Assembly: GCA_902551695.1 (NCBI GenBank)
Contig: CACDEI010000003.1
Location: 538-64,537 of the forward strand
DNA: 64,000 nucleotides
Source: an uncultured Pseudomonadota bacterium
Lineage (GTDB): Bacteria; Pseudomonadota; Gammaproteobacteria; Ga0077536
Direction: 5' to 3'
Position 1 is the first letter of the stretch, and each line of letters starts with the position of its first letter. The notes beneath the pieces are model-generated. The model was not told the origin of the DNA. It made no database searches and saw only the letters and a list, made by a program, of their open reading frames with translations. A program made the translations under genes and the position numbers. Shown piece after piece: positions 38,642 through 47,605 of the stretch.

Positions 38642-39146
38642 TTTTTTAAGGTCTTCAATACGTTTTGAGGTGCTGATACTCCGTAAGGATCTTCGTTATG
38701 GTTGTCAGAAAAACCGGGTTCTTCGAACCAGTGAGTTACGACTAGATCATCAATAATCGCGGCGTAACGCCAAGAGCGCATGCCAAATCCTAGGTTATCT
38801 TTTCCGACTAACATCCCCATTTTTCGAGTGAATTCACCTGAGCCATCGGGTATGAGGGTAATATTTTTAATATTAAGGGATTTGCCCCAGGCATCCATTA
38901 CAAAAGCATCATTTACCGAGATACAATATATGGTGTCTATTCCAATATTCTTGAATTCGGGAAACAAGCTATCGTAATCGGGAAGTTGAAAAGTGGAGCA
39001 TGTGGGTGTGAACGCACCTGGAAGCGAGAAAATGACGGCTCGCTTTTTTGAAAAATAATCTTGCGTGGTCCTATCTTCCCATCTAAACGGGTTGTCTCCA
39101 CCGGCAGATACTTTTCCACACCAAGTTCATCCAAGGTGTGGGCCAT
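38638..39146 (-). pseudogene. Prx5-type (atypical 2-Cys) peroxiredoxin interrupted by a 1-nt frameshift near 39080-39095
   Basis: One frame carries the catalytic body, DYFSKKRAVIFSLPGAFTPTCS...ISVNDAFVM...SWRYAAII. It has no start codon and has a TGA 28 codons upstream of PGAFTPTCS. The ATG at 39146 opens another frame (MAHTLDELGVEKYLPVETTR). The span is 509 nt, one short of a multiple of 3. Confidence 0.75.
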
Positions 39147-39448
39147 GTAAAGAGAAGATTGAAAGCTCTCTCGATACCAGAGTTCTGTTAAAGATAAAAT
39201 GATTTGGTTAGAAAAAGCGCTGGAGGTTTGTTCTCGGATTTGATCTTTTTCCGCCCTACCTTGTTCACTATGGGTTCGGGTTATGGAAAAATTTTTAGTA
39301 ACTGCCACCATTTAAAACACTACCTTTCAATCAACTTTTTTTATTTTAACTCTTTCACACTTGCTAATGTGAATCATTTGCATATAGTAATGATAGTGGT
39401 TATTATTCGCGTTCTCTATTAAGATTTTAAACAAGAGGTTAAATTAAA

Positions 39449-40753
39449 ATGAGATTTTTAAAGGCCATAGCTATTGCGCTGCCGATGGGGCTGGTAAGCG
39501 CTTTTGCGTTAGCTGATGATCATTCACCAGCCAGTCTTGACGACGTTGTCAAGATGTTGAAAGCGCAACAAGAGGAAATAGAGGCCCTCAAGGCAGAACT
39601 CGCGGAAACAAAAGCGGAAGAGGAAAGCGCTGGCGGATTCAGTAACATTAACACACCACAATCTCCAGACAGCGTTGGAGCTCAACGCTCGAGATGGTCG
39701 CCGATTGGAGGTAAGACTCTAGGTTCCGGTTCAGACTGGGCTGAGCGCACGTCTCTCGGTGGATACGGTGAACTCCACTACAATAACTTGAATGGCGAAG
39801 ACGGAGCAGGAAACTTAGAGCGAACAGACTTCCATCGTCTTGTGCTTTTCATAGGTCACGAATTTAATGATTGGGTCCGATTTGCGTCTGAGATCGAAAT
39901 TGAACACAGCCATATTTGTGCGGATTGTAATGGTGATGTGGTCTTGGAACTTGCTTGGTTGGAAATGGACATCAATTCAAATCATCATTTTCGAGCTGGC
40001 CAAGATATCCTACCCATAGGCTTATTGAACCTAACGCACGAGCCAACTACTTTTTACGGTGTTGAAAGAAACCATGTTGAAGCTGAAGTTATACCTTCTA
40101 CTTGGACAGAAGCTGGCGCAGGATTTTGGGGTAGTATAGCTCCAGGATTGAACTATAACCTTTTCGTTCACACAGCCCTGGTAACAGACACTACCAACAT
40201 GCGCGTGCGGTCTGCGAGACAGAAGGTTGCTAACGCTAATGACCAAGATTTGGCGATTTTAGGTCGACTTCTCTACAATGCCATTCCTGGTCTAGAGGTC
40301 GCTTTCACCTTTGATTACCAAGCCGATTATACCGGCACAGCGGATAATATAGACGCCTCTGCTTGGTTGACTGAAGCACATATCGATTATCAACATAGCT
40401 CAGGCTTTGCAATGAGAGCCCTTTACGCTAGATGGGATTTCGGATCTGACAATGGCTTTGATCCAGGGGGCTTGGACGCGGATAAAGTTGAGGGTTGGTA
40501 TGTGGAGCCTTCCTATAAGACTGCCCTAACCGGTTTCATTCCGGGCGAAATAGGTGTCTTCTTCAGATATAGTGAGTGGGATGAGAGAGGTACAGGCGGA
40601 CCGATGGCAGATCATGAAATGATTAATGTCGGTGCTAACTGGTGGCCTACTGAAAACGTTGTATTCAAAATCGACGGCCAATGGGAGAAAGCTTCAGCGA
40701 ATACGCGAGGTACCCAGGATGGGTTTAATCTAGGACTTGGATTCCAGTTCTAG
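39449..40753 (+). CDS. Outer-membrane porin with an N-terminal coiled coil (OprO/P-like family guess)
   Basis: A signal peptide is followed by a coiled coil (LKAQQEEIEALKAELAETKAEE). The rest has an alternating beta-strand pattern and a terminal GLGFQF aromatic ending. Confidence 0.7.
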   Translation: MRFLKAIAIALPMGLVSAFALADDHSPASLDDVVKMLKAQQEEIEALKAELAETKAEEESAGGFSNINTPQSPDSVGAQRSRWSPIGGKTLGSGSDWAERTSLGGYGELHYNNLNGEDGAGNLERTDFHRLVLFIGHEFNDWVRFASEIEIEHSHICADCNGDVVLELAWLEMDINSNHHFRAGQDILPIGLLNLTHEPTTFYGVERNHVEAEVIPSTWTEAGAGFWGSIAPGLNYNLFVHTALVTDTTNMRVRSARQKVANANDQDLAILGRLLYNAIPGLEVAFTFDYQADYTGTADNIDASAWLTEAHIDYQHSSGFAMRALYARWDFGSDNGFDPGGLDADKVEGWYVEPSYKTALTGFIPGEIGVFFRYSEWDERGTGGPMADHEMINVGANWWPTENVVFKIDGQWEKASANTRGTQDGFNLGLGFQF

Positions 40754-40806
40754 TTAGTGGGAGGTACCGAATTTGAATTTAGTTTTGACAATTTGGTACT
40801 AAGTTT

Positions 40807-41358
40807 GTGGACAGAAGGACATTTTTACGGTCCATTCTGACCGGCCTGGCTTCGGTAGCTGGGGGATTCATGCTCCTGGTTCCCCCTTCCGAAGCCAGGG
40901 TTTACATGACCCCCGGAGAAGCGGCCAAGCTTTTTTGGGGAAACCAAAAGCTTATACCGATTTCTCTAAAGCTGTCTCGGCAGCAAAGAAAAGATATAAA
41001 AGAAGCCTCAGGTGTGGCAGTCCGTGCTAGCAAGATGGCGGTTTGGAAAACGGAAAGTGGTGGGTGGTTTGTTTTGGACTCGGTAATCGGTAAGCATGAA
41101 TACATAGACTATGCTGTTGCGCTCTCTGACAAGGGCTCTGTTAAGGCTATCGAAATATTGGTCTATCGAGAGGGTTATGGAGACGCCGTTGTTAATCCGA
41201 GGTGGCGGGCTCAATTCTATGACAAAGATCCTTCTAGACAGTTGACTCACGGCAAGGAAATCATGAATATATCAGGAGCTACTTTGTCCTGTCGCCACAT
41301 CACGGACGGCATCAATCGACTAACTAAAATGTGGGAATTGGTGTTCAGTAAAGTATAG
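40807..41358 (+). CDS. Tat-exported FMN-binding-domain protein (ApbE flavinylation substrate)
   Basis: Twin-arginine signal DRRTFLRSIL. The flavinylation-type motif ISGATLS lies near the C-terminus, as in NqrC and RnfG. Confidence 0.7.
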   Translation: MDRRTFLRSILTGLASVAGGFMLLVPPSEARVYMTPGEAAKLFWGNQKLIPISLKLSRQQRKDIKEASGVAVRASKMAVWKTESGGWFVLDSVIGKHEYIDYAVALSDKGSVKAIEILVYREGYGDAVVNPRWRAQFYDKDPSRQLTHGKEIMNISGATLSCRHITDGINRLTKMWELVFSKV

Positions 41359-41407
41359 CTTTGCTGATGCAATCTTTTAATCTTTGAATTCAATAGGTGG
41401 TTAAAAC

Positions 41408-41734
41408 GTGATTAGAAATATTATCTGTGCCTCGAGCTTGATATTCGCTTTTTGTTCTCCCTCTCAGGGCTCAAACGAAAGTGGCCATAATGAGAATAGT
41501 AAACCTGCTGATTCCCAAGCTTGCGTGGTTAACTATCCGGCCTTTGAGGTCGAAGTTCCTCATTTCGATTTAATGCAATGTCCTGAAAGCGAAAATGTGT
41601 CTGTGTCGGAAGGTATTTGTAGGCTAGCAATAATAGGTAATAAAGCCTACCTTTATACATTCAAACTGAAAAGTGGTTCGCTATGTCTATCTAACGCTAA
41701 AGAGGTGCCTTTGGCAGATTACTTTTCTGACTGA
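41408..41734 (+). CDS. Small Cys-containing secreted or lipoprotein candidate
   Basis: 108 aa with a GTG start, a hydrophobic N-terminus (IFAFCSPS, a possible lipobox) and 6 Cys. Confidence 0.4.
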   Translation: MIRNIICASSLIFAFCSPSQGSNESGHNENSKPADSQACVVNYPAFEVEVPHFDLMQCPESENVSVSEGICRLAIIGNKAYLYTFKLKSGSLCLSNAKEVPLADYFSD

Positions 41735-42882
41735 TCTGCTTGCTCAAAAATTGTGTAGGAGCGAAGGGTTTCAGCGACAAATTCTCTAGAGGATTCTGCA
41801 TCATAATTATCCTCTTTTTCTAGTGCTGCGGCATAAGCGAACATACGAGAAAATAAAGGTCTGTTCGATACTTTTTTTCGAATCCAAAATTGATCGTTTT
41901 TCTCGATTAGAGCTGTCCACGCTACTCGTACGTCTTGCCAGTATGCTTTTGTTTTTCTCCAATAGTCTTCGGCAGCTGAAATATCTAAATTGCTGATGAG
42001 TTCATAGCGAGCAATGCCTGCCTCTCTTGCTTTGAAGGATTGATTATTCTCAATGTCTTGCGGATTAGTTATGACCATCTTTAGGTTGTCTTCTTCCTGC
42101 ACCCATCCTGAGGGCAAAACCGTAATTCGATTGGTACCCCAGAGTACATCATAGTCAGATCGCACACTAAACTCTCGTCGTGGTAGAGGTCGTAATGTTT
42201 CTTTACTTTCCCAAACAGACATCTTTTTAAAATGATTCCATTTTCCTGTTGAAGCATATCTCGGCGAATCATCTACTTGGTAAACCGTTTGAGACCAAGA
42301 GTTAGCAGATTCCTTTGTAAGCTGTCGCCTATGCCATCCTTTCGTTAGGTTGTGCACTAGCATTTGAGATGGTGCATATTGCCAATCCTGCCGCCAGTGT
42401 TTCATTACCATGGGCTTAGAAGTCTTGCCATCCTTATCGACAAAGGTCATTACTAATATATGCTGAAGGCTGATGAATTGAGGATTATCTTCAATGACAA
42501 GAACATATTCAGTGCCCCAGGATTGATAGGGTCGGTCGGGTTTTGAGATTGGATCATGAACAATTGTTTCGATGAAATCAAATGTCACGCGGTGGTTTCC
42601 AGCCATGGAAAGTATTGCGTGGCGATCCCTCTCAAAGTTTGAATGTTCTTCGTTGGAAAGTTTCCTCCATGCACTATTCGATTCATTTGACAGCTCTACA
42701 GTACTACCCTTCGTAGTTCCTCCGCGGGGCCGCATAGCATCTGAATCCTGAAATTGCCAGCTAAAAGTGAATTGCTTTTTCTCCTTGTCCACAGCCGAAC
42801 CCCCTTGAGAATAAGCTGTTGAAGCAGTAGACAGCGCCAATTGAAGCAATGCGCTAAAAATGAGGATTATTTTAAATTTCAT
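41719..42882 (-). CDS. Secreted protein of unknown function
   Basis: 387 aa with a signal peptide (ALLQLALSTASTAYS), rich in Trp. It is the last gene of the apbE-led minus-strand operon. Confidence 0.55.
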   Translation of the reverse strand: MKFKIILIFSALLQLALSTASTAYSQGGSAVDKEKKQFTFSWQFQDSDAMRPRGGTTKGSTVELSNESNSAWRKLSNEEHSNFERDRHAILSMAGNHRVTFDFIETIVHDPISKPDRPYQSWGTEYVLVIEDNPQFISLQHILVMTFVDKDGKTSKPMVMKHWRQDWQYAPSQMLVHNLTKGWHRRQLTKESANSWSQTVYQVDDSPRYASTGKWNHFKKMSVWESKETLRPLPRREFSVRSDYDVLWGTNRITVLPSGWVQEEDNLKMVITNPQDIENNQSFKAREAGIARYELISNLDISAAEDYWRKTKAYWQDVRVAWTALIEKNDQFWIRKKVSNRPLFSRMFAYAAALEKEDNYDAESSREFVAETLRSYTIFEQADQSEK

Positions 42883-42907
42883 AGCTATCCTTATTGTTTA
42901 ATAGGGT

Positions 42908-43351
42908 TTAGGAACGTCTATTTTTTCTCCCTATCCAAATGTGAATTATTAGCAGAAACGGTAGTGAAAACCCCACAGCAGCGTGAAGATTTGCAAGCAC
43001 TGTTCGACCTTCGGCCCAGGCGACATAGTATAGGAGATAGGCTGTGACTATTTGAAAAGTTACCAACACCACCAACGTTAAACCCATATATCTTGAACGT
43101 CCTAGCCTCCAACCAGCCGGTACATGGCTCGTTAGAATTGCCCCGAAGCTTATTAAGATTAAAAAAGCTCCCGCTCCATGTGCCATTAATATAGGAAACT
43201 GGGCTGGATGTTTTTCAGGACCAAAGGGTCCTTCGATTTCGCCCCAATTGTTTAAGTAATAAAAGGCAGAGCCAGTAAGCCAGGAGAGCGTGAGAAAGGT
43301 AAACAGTAGATACCGGTATAGTTTTGGTATTCGAAAGCCTATTCGGCTCAC
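42908..43351 (-). CDS. Four-TM His-rich membrane protein (DUF4405 / b-type-cytochrome-like candidate)
   Basis: The start was chosen at a GTG overlapping the apbE TGA (GTGA). Conserved His sit in TM helices (LMAHGAG, NLHAAVG, IIHIW). The longer track ORF would overlap apbE by about 130 nt. Confidence 0.5.
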   Translation of the reverse strand: MSRIGFRIPKLYRYLLFTFLTLSWLTGSAFYYLNNWGEIEGPFGPEKHPAQFPILMAHGAGAFLILISFGAILTSHVPAGWRLGRSRYMGLTLVVLVTFQIVTAYLLYYVAWAEGRTVLANLHAAVGFSLPFLLIIHIWIGRKNRRS

Positions 43352-44181
43352 AGTACACTCCAGCACGTTAAGCCGTTTTGATCGATGTTTAAACGGGCAT
43401 GATCGATGCCTAAAATGTCCTGCTCTGGTTTTATCGAGTAAATTTTTGTGAGGGCGTCCGCATCGATACAGTTTTCGCAAAAAACACTGACGCTTGGAGC
43501 ATTAGCAATTATTTCCTTATCGGCCACTATACTTCCTCCAAAGTAAGGCCCGCTAGTTGCTACGGCACTATTATTCATCTTAACAGTAATCGTATCAGCG
43601 AATGGCTCTTTTGGTATTCGAATAGCTACTTCACTGCCTTTCCATGGCCAGCTTTTTAGGTCGCCTCCGGCGTTTACTACGATTTTGCTTATTTTATTCG
43701 TCTCTAATTCTTCACGTGCTATACGCTCAAAGCCAAGGTCTACTGCATAACCTTTGGCAATACCCCCCAAGTCAATTAATAAAGGCTTTCTGTAATGAAC
43801 CTCATTATTTTCTATTTCTATATCTTGCCAGGTCGCTTCAGCAGAACAATCAATACCATGATCGGGTAATTTGCCTTTTTGGACTAAATGGTAACCTACT
43901 GTCATGTCAAATAATCCATCGCTTAATTCACTATATCTAGTACCTATTCTTAATACTTCAGAAAGCTCTTTAGATATCTTTACAGGACCTTTGAAAGCAG
44001 ATTGATTTACTCTTGAAAGTTCACTCTCTCTCGAGTGAAAACTCATTTTGTTGTGAATATCCTGAATGATTCCATATGCACATTCTGAATATTTTAAAAG
44101 AATCTCCCTATCACAGTCGCCAGTAATTAGAATTTCAACAAAGGTTCCCAGCAAAGGTTTGCAACGAGTGATGGTGTTCAA
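43348..44181 (-). CDS. apbE: FAD:protein FMN transferase (ApbE family)
   Basis: Motifs LGTFVEI, SELSRVN, FDMTVG, DLGGIAKGYAVD and ADALTK are typical ApbE blocks. Confidence 0.85.
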   Translation of the reverse strand: MNTITRCKPLLGTFVEILITGDCDREILLKYSECAYGIIQDIHNKMSFHSRESELSRVNQSAFKGPVKISKELSEVLRIGTRYSELSDGLFDMTVGYHLVQKGKLPDHGIDCSAEATWQDIEIENNEVHYRKPLLIDLGGIAKGYAVDLGFERIAREELETNKISKIVVNAGGDLKSWPWKGSEVAIRIPKEPFADTITVKMNNSAVATSGPYFGGSIVADKEIIANAPSVSVFCENCIDADALTKIYSIKPEQDILGIDHARLNIDQNGLTCWSVL

Positions 44182-44430
44182 ATTAAGTATGTCATGTATA
44201 TTATTTCTACACTTATATTGTACTATTTATGTACTTTTTGCTAAACGCTTTTTTCATATTTGTTACCCAAATGAGTTGATTAACTTTGACGAACTCTAAA
44301 GTCCCTCTACTTAATTTTAAGAAAAATACTGTTGAAGGGTTGATCGGAATTGTTTTGGCAAGCATAAATATTCTTGTCGCAGGCACTAAATAAAATTAGG
44401 TATTATTGCTATCCTTATTATCGTAAGGTT

Positions 44431-45312
44431 ATGAGTAATCATAACGGAGCTTCTAATATAAAGACGCAAGGAGAAAAGGTGAAAGAATATACTACCGAAA
44501 TGGACGAATATTGGAATGAGGCTGGAGGCAGAAAATGGGTTGACAATCTTCTTCGTATTGAAAAGACACTTGAACCTATTGGTAGCAAGATGCTTGAGGT
44601 AATGAAGGAAGAGGCCCATGTAAAGGTCTTGGATGTTGGTTGCGGGGGGGCGGATCTGGCTGCAAAGACCGCCAGTCTTTTGGGGCAGGGTAGCGAGGTG
44701 ATCGCCTCTGATATTTCTCAGCATATCCTAGATGAAGCCAAGAGAAATCAGAGGTCTGCTAACTTGAGATTTCTTCAATGTGACGTAGAAAACTATGATT
44801 TCGATCCTCATCTGTTTGATGTAGTAATTTCTCGCTTCGGGGTGATGTTTTTTGAGAATCCTCTCAAGGCGTTTACAAATATCAATAGGTCAATGAAGAA
44901 AGGTGGACGACTAAACTTGCTAGTTTGGAAAACTTTCGATGAAAACCTTTGGATGAAGGTTCCTGCATCTGCAGCTTTTAAGGTCTTGGAGAAGCCCGAG
45001 CCACCAAAGGAGGGTGAGCCCGGTCCGTTCTCTCTATGTGACTCTGACGCCTTTGGTGAAATGCTGTCTGCTGCGGGCTTCGATAATATTACGTTTGCTA
45101 GTAATAAATTGAATTTAAATTTAGGTAGCCTGAATGAGGCGGTCCAACTCATGACACAACTCGGTCCTGCAGCTAAGCCGTACGGAGAAGCACCAAGTGA
45201 TTTACAAAAACAGGCGCGCGAGTCTATGGAGGCTGTCTTGTCGCAACACGAATCAGCTTCTGAAGTCTTACTACCCTCGGCCTTTTGGCTAGTGAGAGCG
45301 ACTGCGTTGTGA
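44431..45312 (+). CDS. Class I SAM-dependent methyltransferase
   Basis: VLDVGCGGG motif I with DVVISRFGVMF and KKGGRL motifs. The ATG at 44431 is preferred. The ORF is open from TTG 44374. Confidence 0.8.
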   Translation: MSNHNGASNIKTQGEKVKEYTTEMDEYWNEAGGRKWVDNLLRIEKTLEPIGSKMLEVMKEEAHVKVLDVGCGGADLAAKTASLLGQGSEVIASDISQHILDEAKRNQRSANLRFLQCDVENYDFDPHLFDVVISRFGVMFFENPLKAFTNINRSMKKGGRLNLLVWKTFDENLWMKVPASAAFKVLEKPEPPKEGEPGPFSLCDSDAFGEMLSAAGFDNITFASNKLNLNLGSLNEAVQLMTQLGPAAKPYGEAPSDLQKQARESMEAVLSQHESASEVLLPSAFWLVRATAL

Positions 45313-45331
45313 AGACCTTACGCGTAATCAA

Positions 45332-46108
45332 TCACCTTCGATCTATGAAGACTCTTTCTTTGCCAATCCACATCGCGGACCTTTTAAAATCTATAAACTT
45401 TTTCTCGTCTTCGATTGCGATTTGCATAGCTTCGGTGGCTTCAGGCACATCTCCTAACATCATAAGATCAGCCCTATTAAACCATGCCTCAGCATGACCA
45501 ACGTAGGGCTCAATAACTGTTCCTCTGGCCTCTGTTAAAGCTTTTGAGATAGTAGTTTCGCAATGGTGTACCTGAAGGTATCGCTGCATTCTGAAGCCTG
45601 TTGAAACCCCTCTTATCAACGGCCCATGATTGGTGCGCCAGTAATGTTGACATTCCTCAATGCTTTGGGTTTTAGGCTGACGCAAACAAAAGAATAACTT
45701 TACCAGAGGGGAATGCTGAGTAGCTACCATATACTCAGTAGGATTGACTTGAGGGTATTCGTAAGCAAACCAAAGCGGTGAATTAGGAAGGTCTATGAAT
45801 TGTTTTTCATCATCTAGTAGTTCTTGAGCGGCTATTGCTCCTTCCTCTGTAGTGAAGGCATTTAGATCATCTACTGACTTCCACCAGAGTTCTGCTACTC
45901 CATCATATATAGGTTCCATCCCACCACGCGCTTCCGCCAAACCATCGTTTATCGGATCGTCCAAAGTGTGTAATTGAATATAGCGATGTATTTTTAAAGT
46001 AGTAGAATGTCTTGAAACTAATGGGCCGTGCGTGTTTTGCCAGTAATCTTGGAACTCCTCTCGACTCATGCCTTCTTTTCGCCGCAGTGCAAACTCAATT
46101 CTTATCAT
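45332..46108 (-). CDS. Tandem EthD-domain protein
   Basis: There are two internal repeats: EEFQDYWQNTHGPLV...RYIQLH and EECQHYWRTNHGPLI...RYLQVH. Confidence 0.7.
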   Translation of the reverse strand: MIRIEFALRRKEGMSREEFQDYWQNTHGPLVSRHSTTLKIHRYIQLHTLDDPINDGLAEARGGMEPIYDGVAELWWKSVDDLNAFTTEEGAIAAQELLDDEKQFIDLPNSPLWFAYEYPQVNPTEYMVATQHSPLVKLFFCLRQPKTQSIEECQHYWRTNHGPLIRGVSTGFRMQRYLQVHHCETTISKALTEARGTVIEPYVGHAEAWFNRADLMMLGDVPEATEAMQIAIEDEKKFIDFKRSAMWIGKERVFIDRR

Positions 46109-46229
46109 GATTTCCCCCTTTGACAGTCGATTTCTGACTAAATTTTATTATCGCAATAAGCGAGTCATTAATATAAACCTAAATTACTAAAAAATCATTT
46201 TATCTATAATCCGCTTCTTTCTATTGTCA

Positions 46230-46607
46230 TTAGTCTCCTAGCTTTGCTTTAGCGGCTTCCCAGTTTAAACCATCAAATGGTTCTATCTTAATAGAGTTCC
46301 AAGTCTTAGGGTGTAGGCACCTAGCATTAACACTGTAACAAGTAGGGTGAGACCGAGGGATATAAAAGGACTTGATGCCGCAATTTCTGCAGAACAAGTG
46401 AGTTGCCTTTCCCGTGTTAAAGCTATACTCAGTAAGCATTGCTTTGCCCCTGATAAGACTAAATTCATTTTTTGGAACAATGATGTGTAAATAGCCGAGT
46501 CTGCTACATATACTACAGTTGCAGTCTAAAGCTTTGAGATTTTTTGGTCCATTAAATTCGAACGTCACCTTGTTGCAGTGGCAGCTTCCCTTATGTAGAA
46601 CCATCAA
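46230..46607 (-). CDS. GFA (glutathione-dependent formaldehyde-activating / CENP-V) family protein
   Basis: The zinc-binding Cys pattern is GSCHCNKV...CNCSIC...FCRNCG. 125 aa. Confidence 0.85.
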   Translation of the reverse strand: MMVLHKGSCHCNKVTFEFNGPKNLKALDCNCSICSRLGYLHIIVPKNEFSLIRGKAMLTEYSFNTGKATHLFCRNCGIKSFYIPRSHPTCYSVNARCLHPKTWNSIKIEPFDGLNWEAAKAKLGD

Positions 46608-46693
46608 CTAGCCCCTTTTTTATATTCATATATTAATAAAAAGCCTAGTTAGTTGCTTATTGTTTTCTTTTCATGAGTGTACCCTGGCTTTAT

Positions 46694-47605
46694 TTAATTA
46701 CGGCCATACTGCAAAGGAAAATGGACAGTTACTAATACTCCATCATTGCGCTGTGCAAGCTCTCGCATGAGAGTCGAGAATCGGTCTCCCACGCCCCAAG
46801 GAAAGGCAATCCCGTGAATCTGAGCGCTTTTATATTTTTTGTCTTTTTTTTGATTCAGAATTTGAATTCTTGTTATGACGTCGTCGTAGGAAGGTCCCGT
46901 AAAATCATCACCCATTACATAGATTGAAATTCCGCCTGGAACATTGGAGTGAAACCTTAAGGCCTTCTCTAGTCCTTTTGTGGGATTGCTATTAGAAAAG
47001 GAATTCCATCTTTTCAGCTTTTCAGAAATTCTTTGCCGGGTTATCTGCGTGTCTGGAACCCATCTGGAAGAATAGCCTTGCAACAGATAATCTCCATTAT
47101 CACTCATTATTTGGATTCCTTTGACCTTCGGATGAATCGATAGGATGGTATCGATTTGTTTTTCGACTGTGGCCCAGAATCTTTTCATGCTCCCAGAAGT
47201 GTCGAGGATAAAAACAACATACTCTCTTTCGACCGGGATTCCTCCAGCGTAGATGGACTCAATGGGCTTAATATTGGAATGGTTCGGAACTGAAGGTTTC
47301 TTTTCCGACTGGATCGATGAGATTTCCACGTCTTTTTTTTCTTCGACTAATGTCATTAGTTGTACTTCGAGATCACGCTTTCTACGATTTAGATCGTTAA
47401 TCTCGTTTTCCAGGTTTCTTATTTTTGTTTTGACTTGCGTTTCAGATGAGGTTCTTGCTTCCGGTTTGAATAACTCTGCCTCAATAGGATCAAATTTTGA
47501 ATCCTTGGCAATAATGACTAGCATAATCACAGCACCAAACCCGCACGATATGATATCTAAAAACGACATACCGACATCAAAATTGGAGCGCTGTTTTATT
47601 TTCAT
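46694..47605 (-). CDS. ExbD/TolR-like TM (conserved Asp) plus coiled coil plus vWA (MIDAS) protein, paralog 2
   Basis: The ATG at 47605 overlaps the upstream stop (ATGA). The TM SFLDIISCGFGAVIMLVIIA resembles ExbD PFIDVMLVLL. A coiled coil follows. The vWA domain has DTSGS, NPTKG and a YVMGDD MIDAS set. Confidence 0.7.
   Translation of the reverse strand: MKIKQRSNFDVGMSFLDIISCGFGAVIMLVIIAKDSKFDPIEAELFKPEARTSSETQVKTKIRNLENEINDLNRRKRDLEVQLMTLVEEKKDVEISSIQSEKKPSVPNHSNIKPIESIYAGGIPVEREYVVFILDTSGSMKRFWATVEKQIDTILSIHPKVKGIQIMSDNGDYLLQGYSSRWVPDTQITRQRISEKLKRWNSFSNSNPTKGLEKALRFHSNVPGGISIYVMGDDFTGPSYDDVITRIQILNQKKDKKYKSAQIHGIAFPWGVGDRFSTLMRELAQRNDGVLVTVHFPLQYGRN

Noticed and set aside
38937-39311. 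An in-frame TGA upstream of the Prx5 catalytic body (codons ...HLG-TGA-TWCGKV...) could be read as a selenocysteine UxxC motif. The 124-aa track ORF here could also be a separate gene.
   Set aside because: No ATG, GTG or TTG lies between the preceding TAA and this TGA in that frame, so a Sec-containing N-terminus could not be initiated. The 124-aa ORF is mostly out-of-frame read-through of the peroxiredoxin 5' region. A 1-nt frameshift from the ATG at 39146 explains the data more simply.
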